Assembly (NCBI GenBank): GCA_963706955.1
Contig: CAVPOC010000008.1
Coordinates: forward strand, 672,001-736,000
DNA length: 64,000 nucleotides
Direction of reading: 5' to 3'
DNA from: an uncultured Verrucomicrobiae bacterium
GTDB lineage: Bacteria > Verrucomicrobiota > Verrucomicrobiia > Chthoniobacterales > Terrimicrobiaceae
The position numbers were made by a program, and so were the translations under genes. Of this stretch, positions 1 through 9,647 are shown piece after piece (the first letter of the stretch is position 1; every line of letters begins with the position of its first letter). The notes beneath the pieces are model-generated. The model had not been told where the DNA came from. It ran no database searches and saw nothing but the letters and a program-made list of their open reading frames with translations.

Positions 1-1
1 G

Positions 2-802
2 CGTCTCTCCAAACATTGCTTTGACGCGCTGCTCGAGAAGACCCCCCGAAGCGGCCTCCCGGAGCAGGGCAAAAAAGGTCGACCCCGAGCCGGACATCCC
101 CGCCGCACGGACTTCCGGCTGCCTCAACAGCCAATGCTTCATGGCCGGCAAGAGAATAAATTTTTCAAAGACCGGCCGCTCGAGCGCATTAAAAATCTTG
201 ATCCAGCCAAGGTCTTGCTCTGCCTCGAGCCCGTCCGGCGCAGGACGTGCAGCCGCCCAAGCCCTGTAGGCCCACGCAGTTTCGACGCCAAATGGAGGCT
301 TTATCAGGAGAATGTTCAGGCTTTCTGGAACTTCGAGTGGCTCGATGATTTCCCCACGACCACGGCAGGTTGCCGGTCGAGGACGGACAAAAAATGGGAC
401 ATCGGAACCGATTTTTGCCGCAATCTTCTGCAGGTTTTCAGTCCCAAGTTTCGTCTCAAGCAGTTGATCCAGGGTCGAAAGAACCGCGGCAGCATCGCTG
501 CTCCCTCCCCCCAACCCCCCTGCAATCGGGATCCGCTTACGAAGATGAATGGTCGCGGCAAATCGCAGCCCTGTCTCCTTTTGGAATTCGTCGGCAGCCG
601 CTGCCGCGAGATTGCTCCGATCTACGGACAACGCGGGATCATCGCACGTGAGGGTGATAGTATCGCCCGGAAAGATTTCGACGCTGATTTCATCGGAAAG
701 CGAGACCGGCACAATGATTGTTTCGATCTCGTGAAAACCGTCCGCGCGACGGCCAAGAATGCGCAGTTGCAAGTTGACTTTGGCTGGAGCGCGCACCTTC
801 AT
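2..802 (-). CDS. ispE: 4-diphosphocytidyl-2-C-methyl-D-erythritol kinase (3' end runs off the window)
   Basis: Absent from the ORF track because there is no stop codon in the window. Manual minus-strand translation from ATG 802 gives MKVRAPAKVNLQLRILGRRADGFHEIETI...RIPIAGGLGGGSSDAA...GMSGSGSTFFAL, the IspE/GHMP kinase motifs. Confidence 0.95.
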   Translation of the reverse strand, partial: MKVRAPAKVNLQLRILGRRADGFHEIETIIVPVSLSDEISVEIFPGDTITLTCDDPALSVDRSNLAAAAADEFQKETGLRFAATIHLRKRIPIAGGLGGGSSDAAAVLSTLDQLLETKLGTENLQKIAAKIGSDVPFFVRPRPATCRGRGEIIEPLEVPESLNILLIKPPFGVETAWAYRAWAAARPAPDGLEAEQDLGWIKIFNALERPVFEKFILLPAMKHWLLRQPEVRAAGMSGSGSTFFALLREAASGGLLEQRVKAMFGET

Positions 803-822
803 GGCCGGCGCATCCTCTGAAA

Positions 823-1542
823 ATGACCCGCACCGCTAAAGAAAAAATCATCGTCGCGCTGGACGTCCCAAATTTGGCCTCAGCAGTCAGCTTGGTCGAG
901 GACTTGGGCGAGACGATCACCTGGGTCAAGATCGGGCTGCAACTCTTCACGGCGGAAGGTCCGCCGGTCGTCCAGGCGATGAGGACCCGCGGATTGAAAG
1001 TCTTTCTCGACCTAAAATTTCACGATATTCCGCATACGGCGCTCGAAGCGGTGCGTTCTGCCATCGCGCTTGGCGCCGGCATGGCCACGATCCATCTTTT
1101 CGGCGGAAGCCACATGGTGCGAAGCGCGGTCGAGGCATCCCAAAACTCGCCTCTACTCGTCCTTGGTGTGACCGTGCTTACGAGTATGGACGATGATCAA
1201 CTCAATGAGGTCGGCGTCGGACGAACTACGGACGAGCAAGTGTTGGAACTTGTCGCGCTCGGCCGAAGGTGTGGTCTGCGCGGCGTCGTTTGCAGTCCAT
1301 TGGAGGTCGCAGCCTTGCGAAGCAAGTTTGGCAACTCGCTCACGATCGTCACCCCAGGAGTGCGGCCATCGGATGCTAGCATCGATGACCAGCGACGGGT
1401 GATGACTCCCGCGGATGCTCTGGGCGCAGGCGCGGACTACCTGGTTATTGGACGTCCAATCACGGCAGCAGCCTCGCCGCGCGCCGCGGCGGTGCGCCTC
1501 GCGGACGAAATCAGCGAAACCCTCAGTCGCGGAAATTCTTGA
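823..1542 (+). CDS. pyrF: orotidine-5'-phosphate decarboxylase
   Basis: IIVALD, VFLDLKFHDIPHT, VTPGVRP and LVIGRPI motifs. Confidence 0.97.
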   Translation: MTRTAKEKIIVALDVPNLASAVSLVEDLGETITWVKIGLQLFTAEGPPVVQAMRTRGLKVFLDLKFHDIPHTALEAVRSAIALGAGMATIHLFGGSHMVRSAVEASQNSPLLVLGVTVLTSMDDDQLNEVGVGRTTDEQVLELVALGRRCGLRGVVCSPLEVAALRSKFGNSLTIVTPGVRPSDASIDDQRRVMTPADALGAGADYLVIGRPITAAASPRAAAVRLADEISETLSRGNS

Positions 1543-2014
1543 AGGCTAGTCCGACATCAAAATTTCCGGCGCGCAAAGCACCAATCACTTTCTGAAGATC
1601 ATCCCGTTTTCCGCCCGTGACACGTATCTGACGATCTTGGAGTGTCGCCTGGACCTTCAGACCGATTGCCTTGATTGCTTTGGTGATTTCCTTTGCCTTG
1701 TCTCCCTCCAAGCCTTGCTTGATAGCCAACTCCTGTCGTGAGTGTCCCAGGGGAGATATCTCAGGCTCTTTCTGCTCGACATTGCGCAGATCAATTCCCC
1801 GCTTGGCGAGCTTGCCGATGATAATCTCGCGCAAACCTTTCAGTCGCGCGCCGTCATCGACCGCCAGGAGGACTGAGCCGGTTTTGGAATCCAGTTCGAT
1901 GGTCGCGGTGACCCCCTTGAAGTCGAACCGCGAACTCAATTCGCGCTGAGCCTGGTCAACTGCGTTCTTGACCTCCATGCGGTCAACCTCGGAAACGACG
2001 TCAAAGGATGGCAT
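1523..2014 (-). CDS. yajQ: YajQ family nucleotide-binding protein
   Basis: MPSFDVVSEVD...RFDFKG...IRVTGGKRDDLQ...FKNFRD, 163 aa. Confidence 0.95.
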   Translation of the reverse strand: MPSFDVVSEVDRMEVKNAVDQAQRELSSRFDFKGVTATIELDSKTGSVLLAVDDGARLKGLREIIIGKLAKRGIDLRNVEQKEPEISPLGHSRQELAIKQGLEGDKAKEITKAIKAIGLKVQATLQDRQIRVTGGKRDDLQKVIGALRAGNFDVGLAFKNFRD

Positions 2015-2112
2015 GATCTAAGTCTCTCCAATAAGAACAAGGGGCGCAACGTTTCGCAACCGCGGGTTTCGCAGTCCAGCAGATGTTGAGCGACCAGCGA
2101 GCTGCGAACGGA

Positions 2113-2976
2113 TCAGACGCCGCGAACCTGGGAAAGTCGGAAGAACTGTTCTGCGGTCGCGGTGGTCTGGCGCGCCACCGCCTCGAGGGTGCTCCCACGA
2201 TCTCGGGCAATCTGTTCGGCGACCAGCCGCGTAAATGCCGGCTCGCATCGCTCGCCGCGATGCGGGACCGGAGCTAAATACGGACAATCAGTTTCCACCA
2301 TATAGCGATCCTCTGGAACAGTTACAGCCGTTTCGCGAACAAGCTTGGCGTTCTTAAAGGTGACAACTCCGGTAAACGAAACAAGGTGGCCGAGCGCAAT
2401 GACGTCCATTGCCTGATCGGGACGGTTCCCGAAGCAGTGAAATACACCGCGCAGCCGACCCGTGTAAGGTTCCAAGATCGCCAAGGTGTCGTCCCATGCG
2501 TCGCGCTGATGAATGACAACGTTCAGTCCGAGGGCGACCGCCAAGTCGAGGTGAACGCGAAAAGCCTCTGTTTGCGCCGACTTATAGGCCCCATCCAAAA
2601 CTGCCGCCTCGGCATCCTCGGCGACTCCGGCTTGCAACGCGGCGATGGCCGGTGAGCTTTCCAGTTCCCGGCTGGGCAAATGGTGGTAGTCAAGCCCCGT
2701 CTCGCCGATGGCGGCGACTTTTGGATGCTCGGCAAGAACGCGTAAGGCGGGAAGAAAGTCCTCGACTTCGTTCTGAACGTTCGTCGGATGCACGCCTACA
2801 ACCGCGAAAACATTGGAATACCTTTCCGCCAAGGCGATTGCTCGTTCACTGCTTTCGATTCCAGTTCCAATTGTGATAATCCTGGTCACGCCAGCGGCGG
2901 TGGCATCTGCAACAACTTTGTCAAGGTCATCAGCGAAATCATGGTAGTCCAAGTGAGCGTGGGTATCGATCAACAT
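2113..2976 (-). CDS. tatD: TatD family hydrolase
   Basis: DTHAHLD, GVHP, AIGETGLDY, HCF and ETDCPYLAP motifs. Confidence 0.93.
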   Translation of the reverse strand: MLIDTHAHLDYHDFADDLDKVVADATAAGVTRIITIGTGIESSERAIALAERYSNVFAVVGVHPTNVQNEVEDFLPALRVLAEHPKVAAIGETGLDYHHLPSRELESSPAIAALQAGVAEDAEAAVLDGAYKSAQTEAFRVHLDLAVALGLNVVIHQRDAWDDTLAILEPYTGRLRGVFHCFGNRPDQAMDVIALGHLVSFTGVVTFKNAKLVRETAVTVPEDRYMVETDCPYLAPVPHRGERCEPAFTRLVAEQIARDRGSTLEAVARQTTATAEQFFRLSQVRGV

Positions 2977-3243
2977 AGATTGTCTTTTCTAATCATCGTG
3001 TGGTGTGTAAGTTCGCAATCGGCACGTGAACCGCGATATAGTTGCTCGGTCGGACCAGATCCTCAAGCTATCGATTGTTAGCGGCGATCTGTCCGAGAGA
3101 ATAATTTCCAAGCTCCAGAGAGACGCACGGAGCGTAATCTCCGTTAAAAGATCGTTTCTGGCATATTTATCGAATTTTGGGCGCCTCAAGGTGGCAGGTG
3201 GCCACCGGTAGAGGGGGCTCAAGAGCAAAACCAACAACACAAA

Positions 3244-3501
3244 ATGAATACAACGAAAACACTCCTTGCGGGCGCAGCTGTTGCCGGTCTGATGACCGGA
3301 TCGATGGCCGTCCGCGCCTTCGCAGCCGGCGAACCAACTCCCGCGGGAGTTTCGCTCCAGACCATGGGGGACAAGGGCGCGCACGCCTGCAAAGGACAAA
3401 ACGCCTGTAAAGGGCAGGGCGGCTGCAAGTCCGGTGACGCGGGCTGTAAGGGCAAGAACACCTGCAAGGGCAAAGGCGGCTGCGCCACCAAGGGCAGCTA
3501 G
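3244..3501 (+). CDS. bufferin-like (BufA2-type) exported Cys-rich RiPP precursor
   Basis: Signal peptide ending VRAFA, then two copies of CKGxNxCKGxGGC. It lies directly upstream of DUF692-DUF2063-DoxX. Confidence 0.85.
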   Translation: MNTTKTLLAGAAVAGLMTGSMAVRAFAAGEPTPAGVSLQTMGDKGAHACKGQNACKGQGGCKSGDAGCKGKNTCKGKGGCATKGS

Positions 3502-3513
3502 CTGGAAGTCCAA

Positions 3514-3581
3514 GCTAAGAAGCCTCTGGCGGCTTAGCTAAGCAATCGAAAGGCCGCCGCTTTCGCCCATGAAGGCGGCGG
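3514..3581 (+). terminator. two stem-loops between the precursor and the MNIO gene
   Basis: GCTAAG-aa-GCC-tct-GGC-gg-CTTAGC (3514-3538) and CCGCCGCTTTC-gcccat-GAAGGCGGCGG (3554-3581). Confidence 0.55.
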
Positions 3582-3604
3582 TGCTTCGAAACAAATAAGC
3601 AAAG

Positions 3605-4456
3605 ATGCCTGCGAATCCTTTTAACGCTTACACGGACTACGGAATCGGAATCGGTCTGCGCGTGCCGCACTATCGGCATATCCTCGAGAAGAAGCCGGTC
3701 GTCGATTGGTTTGAAATCATCTCGGAGAATTTCATGGTGGATGGTGGCCGTCCCCTTGAAGTGCTCGATTCGATTTTGGAGCAATACCGGGTGGTCCAGC
3801 ATGGAGTGGCGATCTATTTTGGATCGGCGGACAAACTCAACCGCGAGCACCTCAAGAAGCTCAAGCGCCTCGTGCAGCGCACCAATACCCCCTGGCTCTC
3901 CGATCATCTCTGCTGGGGGAGCGTCGACGGTCGCTATACCCACGATCTGCTACCGATGCCTTATACCTTCGCGGCCGCCAAGGTGACCGCGCAAAAGATT
4001 TGTGAGGCGCGCGATTTTCTCGAGGTGCCCATCTGCGTGGAGAACGTGAGCAGCTATGCGGAGTTTCACGCCTCGGAGATGACCGAATGGGAGTTCCTTA
4101 GCGAAGTCGTCGAACTGGCCGATTGCGGAATTCTCCTCGATGTTAATAACATCTACGTCTCCTCCCAGAACCACAACTTCGACCCGTACGATTACCTAAA
4201 TAACATTCCGCACCATCGGGTCGGGCAGATCCACATTGCCGGCCATTCCAAATTCGAAAAATACATTCTCGACACCCACGATCATCCCGTTCTCGATCCG
4301 GTCTGGAAGATGTATGGCCACGCTCTCCAGCGGATCGGTCACACCGCCACCTTGCTCGAATGGGATGACCGCATTCCCTCCTTTGACGAGGTTCACAATG
4401 AAGCGCGCAAAGCCCTCAACTTCCAACAGCAGCATCTCGAAAGCAAAGTTGCGTGA
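3605..4456 (+). CDS. multinuclear non-heme iron oxidative enzyme (MNIO, DUF692/BufB family)
   Basis: GIGLRVPHY, WFEIISENF, WLSDHLCW, HDLLPMP, ENVSSY, LLDVNNIYV, HIAGH, DTHD and LLEWD motifs. Confidence 0.95.
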   Translation: MPANPFNAYTDYGIGIGLRVPHYRHILEKKPVVDWFEIISENFMVDGGRPLEVLDSILEQYRVVQHGVAIYFGSADKLNREHLKKLKRLVQRTNTPWLSDHLCWGSVDGRYTHDLLPMPYTFAAAKVTAQKICEARDFLEVPICVENVSSYAEFHASEMTEWEFLSEVVELADCGILLDVNNIYVSSQNHNFDPYDYLNNIPHHRVGQIHIAGHSKFEKYILDTHDHPVLDPVWKMYGHALQRIGHTATLLEWDDRIPSFDEVHNEARKALNFQQQHLESKVA

Positions 4457-5360
4457 AGTCCGGTCCAGAGCCGATTTGCTCGACTTGCAACGGTCGATGG
4501 CCGGCGCCATCTTTCGGCCTCTTACGCCAGCGTGGCGGATGCAAACCAATCTTCCCGACGGGAACAACCTGCGCGCAGCGGCATCCGAATTCATCAAGCC
4601 CAACGACCGACTGACTTCGTTTGAGCGGCTCGAAATCTACAACCGTCAATATTGGTTCCGCCTGCTCGATTGTCTCTATGAAGATTATCCCGGCCTGCTA
4701 GCGGTGCTTGGGGAAAGACGATTCCTACGGTGCGTCCGGGCTTATCTTGCGCGCTATCCGTCGGATTCTTTCGCCCTGCGCGACCTCGGCTCACGGTTGG
4801 AGCAATTCCTTCGCGACGAACCGCAGTGGAGCGGCCCGCGCCAGGCCCTCGCCCTGGATATGGTGCGCTTTGAATGGGCACAGGTAGTCGCTTTTGACGG
4901 ACCTTCGAAGCCTCCAATCACGACTGATCAAATTCTCGACACGCCAGCCGACAAGTTGCGCCTCGGCCTTCAGCCTTATCTAAGTCTCCTCAAACTCGAC
5001 TATGCCGTCGATGATTTCGTGGTCGCTCTGAAGCAGCGCGCGACGGATGGCTTACGTGGTGAAGCCAGCAATGCTTTCGATTCTGCTCCGAAAGCGGTGC
5101 GGCGCAAACAACGGCTCCGCCTGCCAGGGCGAAGCCGAGTTTTTCTGGCCGTGCATCGCCACGAAAATCGCCTCTACTTCAAGCGCCTTGAAGCCGAAGC
5201 CTTCGCGCTCCTCACTGCATTGAGCCGAGGCGTAACTCTGGCGGATGCGTGTATCGAAGCCATCTCTTCGAGCGGGAAGAGCGAGGTCAATTGGCCTCCC
5301 AAAATTCAAGCCTGGTTTCAGAACTGGGCGGCTCTGGGCTGGCTCTGTCGAGCGAAATGA
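4449..5360 (+). CDS. DUF2063 / BufC-HvfC family MNIO partner protein (start uncertain: TTG 4449 or ATG 4398)
   Basis: ERLEIYNRQYWFRLLDCLYEDYPGL...F...YLARYPS...DMVRFEWA. It overlaps the MNIO stop codon. Confidence 0.88.
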   Translation: MREVRSRADLLDLQRSMAGAIFRPLTPAWRMQTNLPDGNNLRAAASEFIKPNDRLTSFERLEIYNRQYWFRLLDCLYEDYPGLLAVLGERRFLRCVRAYLARYPSDSFALRDLGSRLEQFLRDEPQWSGPRQALALDMVRFEWAQVVAFDGPSKPPITTDQILDTPADKLRLGLQPYLSLLKLDYAVDDFVVALKQRATDGLRGEASNAFDSAPKAVRRKQRLRLPGRSRVFLAVHRHENRLYFKRLEAEAFALLTALSRGVTLADACIEAISSSGKSEVNWPPKIQAWFQNWAALGWLCRAK

Positions 5361-5851
5361 ATAGGTTTGTCAACTCGATCGGCCGCGCCTACGAGAAGTT
5401 CGCGACGGTTGCGAATTACCTGCAAGCGCCCTTGTTGCTGGCCGTGCGCGTATTCTTCTTTTGGCAACTGTTCCTTGCAGGCAAAGGCAAGCTCCTGAAC
5501 ATCGACAAGACGGCCGAGTTTTTTGGCAGTCTTAATATTCCGATGCCTGTCTTTAGCGCCTACCTGGCCGGGGCGACCGAATGCTTCGGTGGCCTGCTGT
5601 TGGTGATTGGGCTTGCCTCGCGCTTGGTGGCGATCCCGGTGGCCTTCACGATGATCGTGGCATACGTGACCGCCGACTACGAGGCGTTCACCAGCATTTT
5701 CAGCGATCCGGACAAATTCGTCGGCGCGGCCCCATTTCCGTTCTTGCTTTCGGCTCTCCTGGTGCTCGCTTTTGGCCCGGGCGCCCTCTCGGTCGACGCG
5801 CTGATCAAGCGGTTCGCGGTTACGAGACGACCCGAGAGGCTCCGATTCTAG
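5357..5851 (+). CDS. DoxX family membrane protein (BufD-like)
   Basis: LLAVRVFFFWQLFLAGKGKL, ECFGGLLLVIGLASR and GPGALSVD motifs. ATGA overlap with DUF2063. Confidence 0.92.
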   Translation: MNRFVNSIGRAYEKFATVANYLQAPLLLAVRVFFFWQLFLAGKGKLLNIDKTAEFFGSLNIPMPVFSAYLAGATECFGGLLLVIGLASRLVAIPVAFTMIVAYVTADYEAFTSIFSDPDKFVGAAPFPFLLSALLVLAFGPGALSVDALIKRFAVTRRPERLRF

Positions 5852-5855
5852 CCCG

Positions 5856-7598
5856 ATGTCGCGGATTTTCTCCATTCTTCTCGCTGCCATCTTCCTCTCG
5901 TGGCCAGCGCGAGCAGACGAGACCATCGATTGGCAACCATGGTCCGAGGAGGTTTTTGAGCGGGCGCGCGCGGAGAACCGATTTGTTTTTCTCGATCTCG
6001 GTGCAGTCTGGTGCCACTGGTGCCACGTCATGGAGGATATCACCTACCGCGACCCAGAGGTGATACGGCTCCTTCGCTCGCGCTACATCGCCGTTCGCGT
6101 AGATCAAGATTCTCGTCCGGATCTGTCGAATCGGTATGAGGATTATGGCTGGCCCGCAACAATCGTCTTCGATGCCAATGGCAATGAAATTGTCAAACGC
6201 CAAGGCTACATTCCCCCGGGGCCGATGGCCTCGATGCTTCAGGCAATCATCGATGATCCCACACCGGGACCTTCGGTCGTCCCTGAAGAGAAGCCGATTG
6301 CGGCCAGCACTGCATCATTGGCTCTCGAAACGAGCGGCGCATTGCGAAGCCGTTTGCTGGATGCCTACGATCCGGAAAACCTAGGCTGGGGAACCGTTCA
6401 CAAGTTCCTTGACTGGAACATTATCGAATACTGCATGTCGGTCTCAGCTCGCGAGTCCGATGGAGCCCGCTGGGAGCAGATGGCGCGGGAGACCCTTTCT
6501 GCGCAACGCAACCTCTTCGACCCGGTCTGGGGAGGCGTTTATCAATATTCGACCGATGGGGATTGGAAGCACCCGCACTACGAGAAACTCCTTCAATTTC
6601 AGGCCGAGAATCTTCGTATTTATTCCCTCGCCTACGCGCGCTGGGGCGACCCTCAGTATTTGGACGACGCCCGGCAGATCCGCCGCTACCTGCAGGATTT
6701 TCTGACCAGTCCAGAAGGAGTCTTCTACACCAGCCAGGACGCTGACCTTGTGCAGGGCGAGCACTCAGAAGGATATTTTGCTTTGAGTGACCACGAACGT
6801 CGGCAGCAAGGGATTCCACGAGTCGATACCCATGTTTATTCACGCGAGAACGGATGGGCGATCCAGGCCCTTGCCACTCTCTACGCGGTCACCGGCGAAC
6901 CAGAAACGCTGCGCGATGCAGTGGTCGCGGCAGATTGGATTGTCAAACACCGCTCATTGCCCGGAGGCGGTTTTTCCCACGACGAAGAGGACGTCGCCGG
7001 TCCCTACCTTGGTGACACTCTCTTCATGGGCAACGCCTTGCTGACTCTCTATGCAGTCACCGGCGATCGATTGTGGCTGGAACGTGCCAGATCCGCGGCA
7101 AACTATATCGACGCGCATTTCAAGAGCGATACCGGCTTCTCCACAACTGTCTCGTCGAACTCTCTCGCTCCGACCAGACAACTCGATGAGAACGTCGTCG
7201 TAGCGAGGTTTACCAATCTGTTGAATCAATACACCGGCGATGCCAAGTTTCGGGAAATGGCCGAGCACGCGATGAAATATCTCGTCTCCCAAGGCGAGCT
7301 CAAACGGCGAGGCTATCAAGTGGCCGGCTTGCTCCTTGCCGATCATGAACTTTCCGTAGCTCCCCTGCACATCACCGTCGTGGGAAATAAAGGGGATCCG
7401 GCGGCACGTGTTTTGTTCCTTGCCGCGCTAAAGCAGCCGACCACTTACAAGCGCGTCGAATGGTTTGACGAGGCCGAGGGTCCTCTGCCGCACGCGGATG
7501 TGGAATACCCCCAAATCGGAAGAGCCGCGGCATTTCTCTGCACAGAAAAGAGTTGTTCCGCTCCGATCTTTACGCCGGAAAAATTTAAGGTGAGGTAA
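5856..7598 (+). CDS. exported thioredoxin-domain protein, DUF255/YyaL family
   Basis: Signal peptide; IDWQPWSEEVFERAR, WCHWCHVME, GWPAT, DPVWGGVYQYS, HYEKLL and FYTSQDAD motifs; C-terminal AFLC...CSAP. Confidence 0.9.
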   Translation: MSRIFSILLAAIFLSWPARADETIDWQPWSEEVFERARAENRFVFLDLGAVWCHWCHVMEDITYRDPEVIRLLRSRYIAVRVDQDSRPDLSNRYEDYGWPATIVFDANGNEIVKRQGYIPPGPMASMLQAIIDDPTPGPSVVPEEKPIAASTASLALETSGALRSRLLDAYDPENLGWGTVHKFLDWNIIEYCMSVSARESDGARWEQMARETLSAQRNLFDPVWGGVYQYSTDGDWKHPHYEKLLQFQAENLRIYSLAYARWGDPQYLDDARQIRRYLQDFLTSPEGVFYTSQDADLVQGEHSEGYFALSDHERRQQGIPRVDTHVYSRENGWAIQALATLYAVTGEPETLRDAVVAADWIVKHRSLPGGGFSHDEEDVAGPYLGDTLFMGNALLTLYAVTGDRLWLERARSAANYIDAHFKSDTGFSTTVSSNSLAPTRQLDENVVVARFTNLLNQYTGDAKFREMAEHAMKYLVSQGELKRRGYQVAGLLLADHELSVAPLHITVVGNKGDPAARVLFLAALKQPTTYKRVEWFDEAEGPLPHADVEYPQIGRAAAFLCTEKSCSAPIFTPEKFKVR

Positions 7599-7628
7599 CT
7601 CTCCCGCCGAGGTCGAGAAAGCGACTCC

Positions 7629-8645
7629 CTACCACTGCACCACCGAACTGGCGTAGGTAAGTCCCCCGCCGAACACAACCATCAGGATGTAATCTCCGAC
7701 CTTGAATCGACCTGTCCGATTGCCTTCGTCCAGCGCAATGGCGACGGCAGCTGCAGAGGTATTGCCGTAACGATCGAGGTTCACCTGAAATTTCGAGAGA
7801 GGAACGTTCAAGCGACCGGCAAGGGCCTCGATGATCCTAAGGTTCGCTTGGTGCGGAATGATGCAGGTGAGATCATCGACGGCAAGACCGCTCTGCTTCA
7901 ACGCACGGTTCGCTGCCGCCAGCATGGAGGTCACGGCCTGCTTGAAGGTTTCGCGGCCGTTCATATGGAGGGTGTTAAGCCGCTGGTCGAAGTTCTCCTT
8001 GGTGACGGGGATGGCGCATCCCCCACCCGGCATATGCAGGATATCGGCGAAGTTTCCGTCGCTGCCCATGAAGGTGGTGATCACGCCGTGCGAGCCCGCG
8101 CGCCAGCGAAGGACGGCTGCGCCCGCCCCATCACCGAAGAGCACGCAAGTATTACGATCGCCCCAATTCACGATCGAGCTCAGCTTATCGGCCCCGATTA
8201 CCAAAACCGTGTTGTAGGTGTGGTTGCTGATGAACTGCTGGGCGACTTCGATTCCGTAAAGAAATCCCGAGCATGCTGCCGAAACGTCGAAGCAGGCGGC
8301 CTTATCGGCTCCAAGCAACCGCTGAACATGGCAGGCCGTCGAGGGAAAGAACGTGTCCGGCGTAACCGTCGCCACAATGATCAGATCGATTTCGGTAGCG
8401 TTCACCCCGGCTTGCTCCATGGCATTGCGCGCGGCAGAAGCTGCCATGTGGCTAGTGTGCTCGCCCTCAGCGGCGACACGCCGCTCTTTGATCCCCGTCC
8501 GGGTGGTGATCCACTCATCGGTTGTCTCGACGATTTTCTCGAGATCAGCGTTGGTGAGGATCCGCGCCGGGACATAGCTGCCGGTCCCAATGATGGAAAC
8601 GGCGCGGCTAGGCTGGCGGGACCGCGTCCGCGGGATTTTCTTCAT
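7629..8645 (-). CDS. fabH: beta-ketoacyl-ACP synthase III
   Basis: TRTGIKERR, AACSGF, LFGDGAGA, PHQAN and YGNTSAA motifs. Start taken as ATG 8645 (MKKIPR). Confidence 0.96.
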   Translation of the reverse strand: MKKIPRTRSRQPSRAVSIIGTGSYVPARILTNADLEKIVETTDEWITTRTGIKERRVAAEGEHTSHMAASAARNAMEQAGVNATEIDLIIVATVTPDTFFPSTACHVQRLLGADKAACFDVSAACSGFLYGIEVAQQFISNHTYNTVLVIGADKLSSIVNWGDRNTCVLFGDGAGAAVLRWRAGSHGVITTFMGSDGNFADILHMPGGGCAIPVTKENFDQRLNTLHMNGRETFKQAVTSMLAAANRALKQSGLAVDDLTCIIPHQANLRIIEALAGRLNVPLSKFQVNLDRYGNTSAAAVAIALDEGNRTGRFKVGDYILMVVFGGGLTYASSVVQW

Positions 8646-9640
8646 TGTAGCGCTTGATGGCCTCAACGATGCGGGGATTGATACCCAGTTCGACGAATTC
8701 GCAGGCAACACGCAAGGCATTTTTGATGGCCAGAGCGCTGCTCGCGCCATGCGCGATGATGGCTACCCCGTTGACCCCAACCAGCGGACTTCCACCATAC
8801 GTCTCATAGTTGGTCCGCTTGCGGATCGTCAGGAAGGCATCCTTCGCCAGCATAGCGCCGAGCTTGCGAATCGGGTTGGCCATTAGCTCGCGCTTGAGCC
8901 AGTGAAACACCGCGGAAGCAGTCGCCTCGCACACCTTCAGGGTAACGTTGCCGACAAAGCCGTCGCAGAGGACCACCTCGACGGGGTTCTCGAAGAGATC
9001 GTGCCCCTCGACATTACCTCGGAAGTTCAGCTTGCTTCTCTTCAGCAACTTGAAGATGTCCTTGGTAAACTCGCTTCCTTTGACATCCTCACCTCCGATA
9101 GACATCAGCCCGACGGCGGGATTCGCGAAGCCGAGCACGTATTTGGAAATGACCGTGCCCATGATCGCGTACTGCAGCATATGCTCCGGACGCGCATCGA
9201 CATTAGCGCCGGCATCGATCAGCACGCAGACGTTGTGCTCCGTCGGAAGGTAGGAGGCAATGCCCGGACGCTCGACACCTTCCAAGGTGCGGAGCTTGAT
9301 CGTGGTCCCGGCGACAACCGCGCCGGTGTGCCCCGCACTGACAATGGCATCTGCCTGGCCGCGCTTTACCAGATCAATGGCACGACTGACAGACGAGTCC
9401 TTCTTGCGGCGAATCGCATCCACCGGATGTTCGTTCATCTCGACGACCTGCGTCGTATGAATTATCTCGATCCGAGGATCCTCATAGCTGAGCTCCTGGA
9501 GCTCCCGCTTCACGGCGGCTTGATCGCCGGTCAGAAAAAGCTTTCTGATTTTCGGATACTCTCGCAGAGCCAGTCACCGCGCCGGCGACGGTGTTTCGCG
9601 GGGCATAATCGCCACCCATTGCATCGAGGGCGATTCTCAT
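8608..9640 (-). CDS. plsX: phosphate acyltransferase PlsX, with an apparent +1 frameshift near 9574
   Basis: MRIALDAMGGDYAPRNTVAGAV from ATG 9640, then one extra base, then LALREYPKIRKLFLTGD...SAGHTGA, DAGANVD, CDGFVGN, HGAS. Restored length is 343 aa. Confidence 0.93.
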
Positions 9641-9647
9641 GGGAGAA

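Noticed and set aside
134..820. 228-aa plus-strand ORF
   Set aside because: It is the antisense shadow of ispE, which the ORF track missed because ispE runs off the window edge.
3000..3243. SigF-type ECF promoter for the bufferin operon
   Set aside because: GTAA-containing hexamers occur at about 3007 and 3134, but I found no matching -10 element at a convincing spacing.
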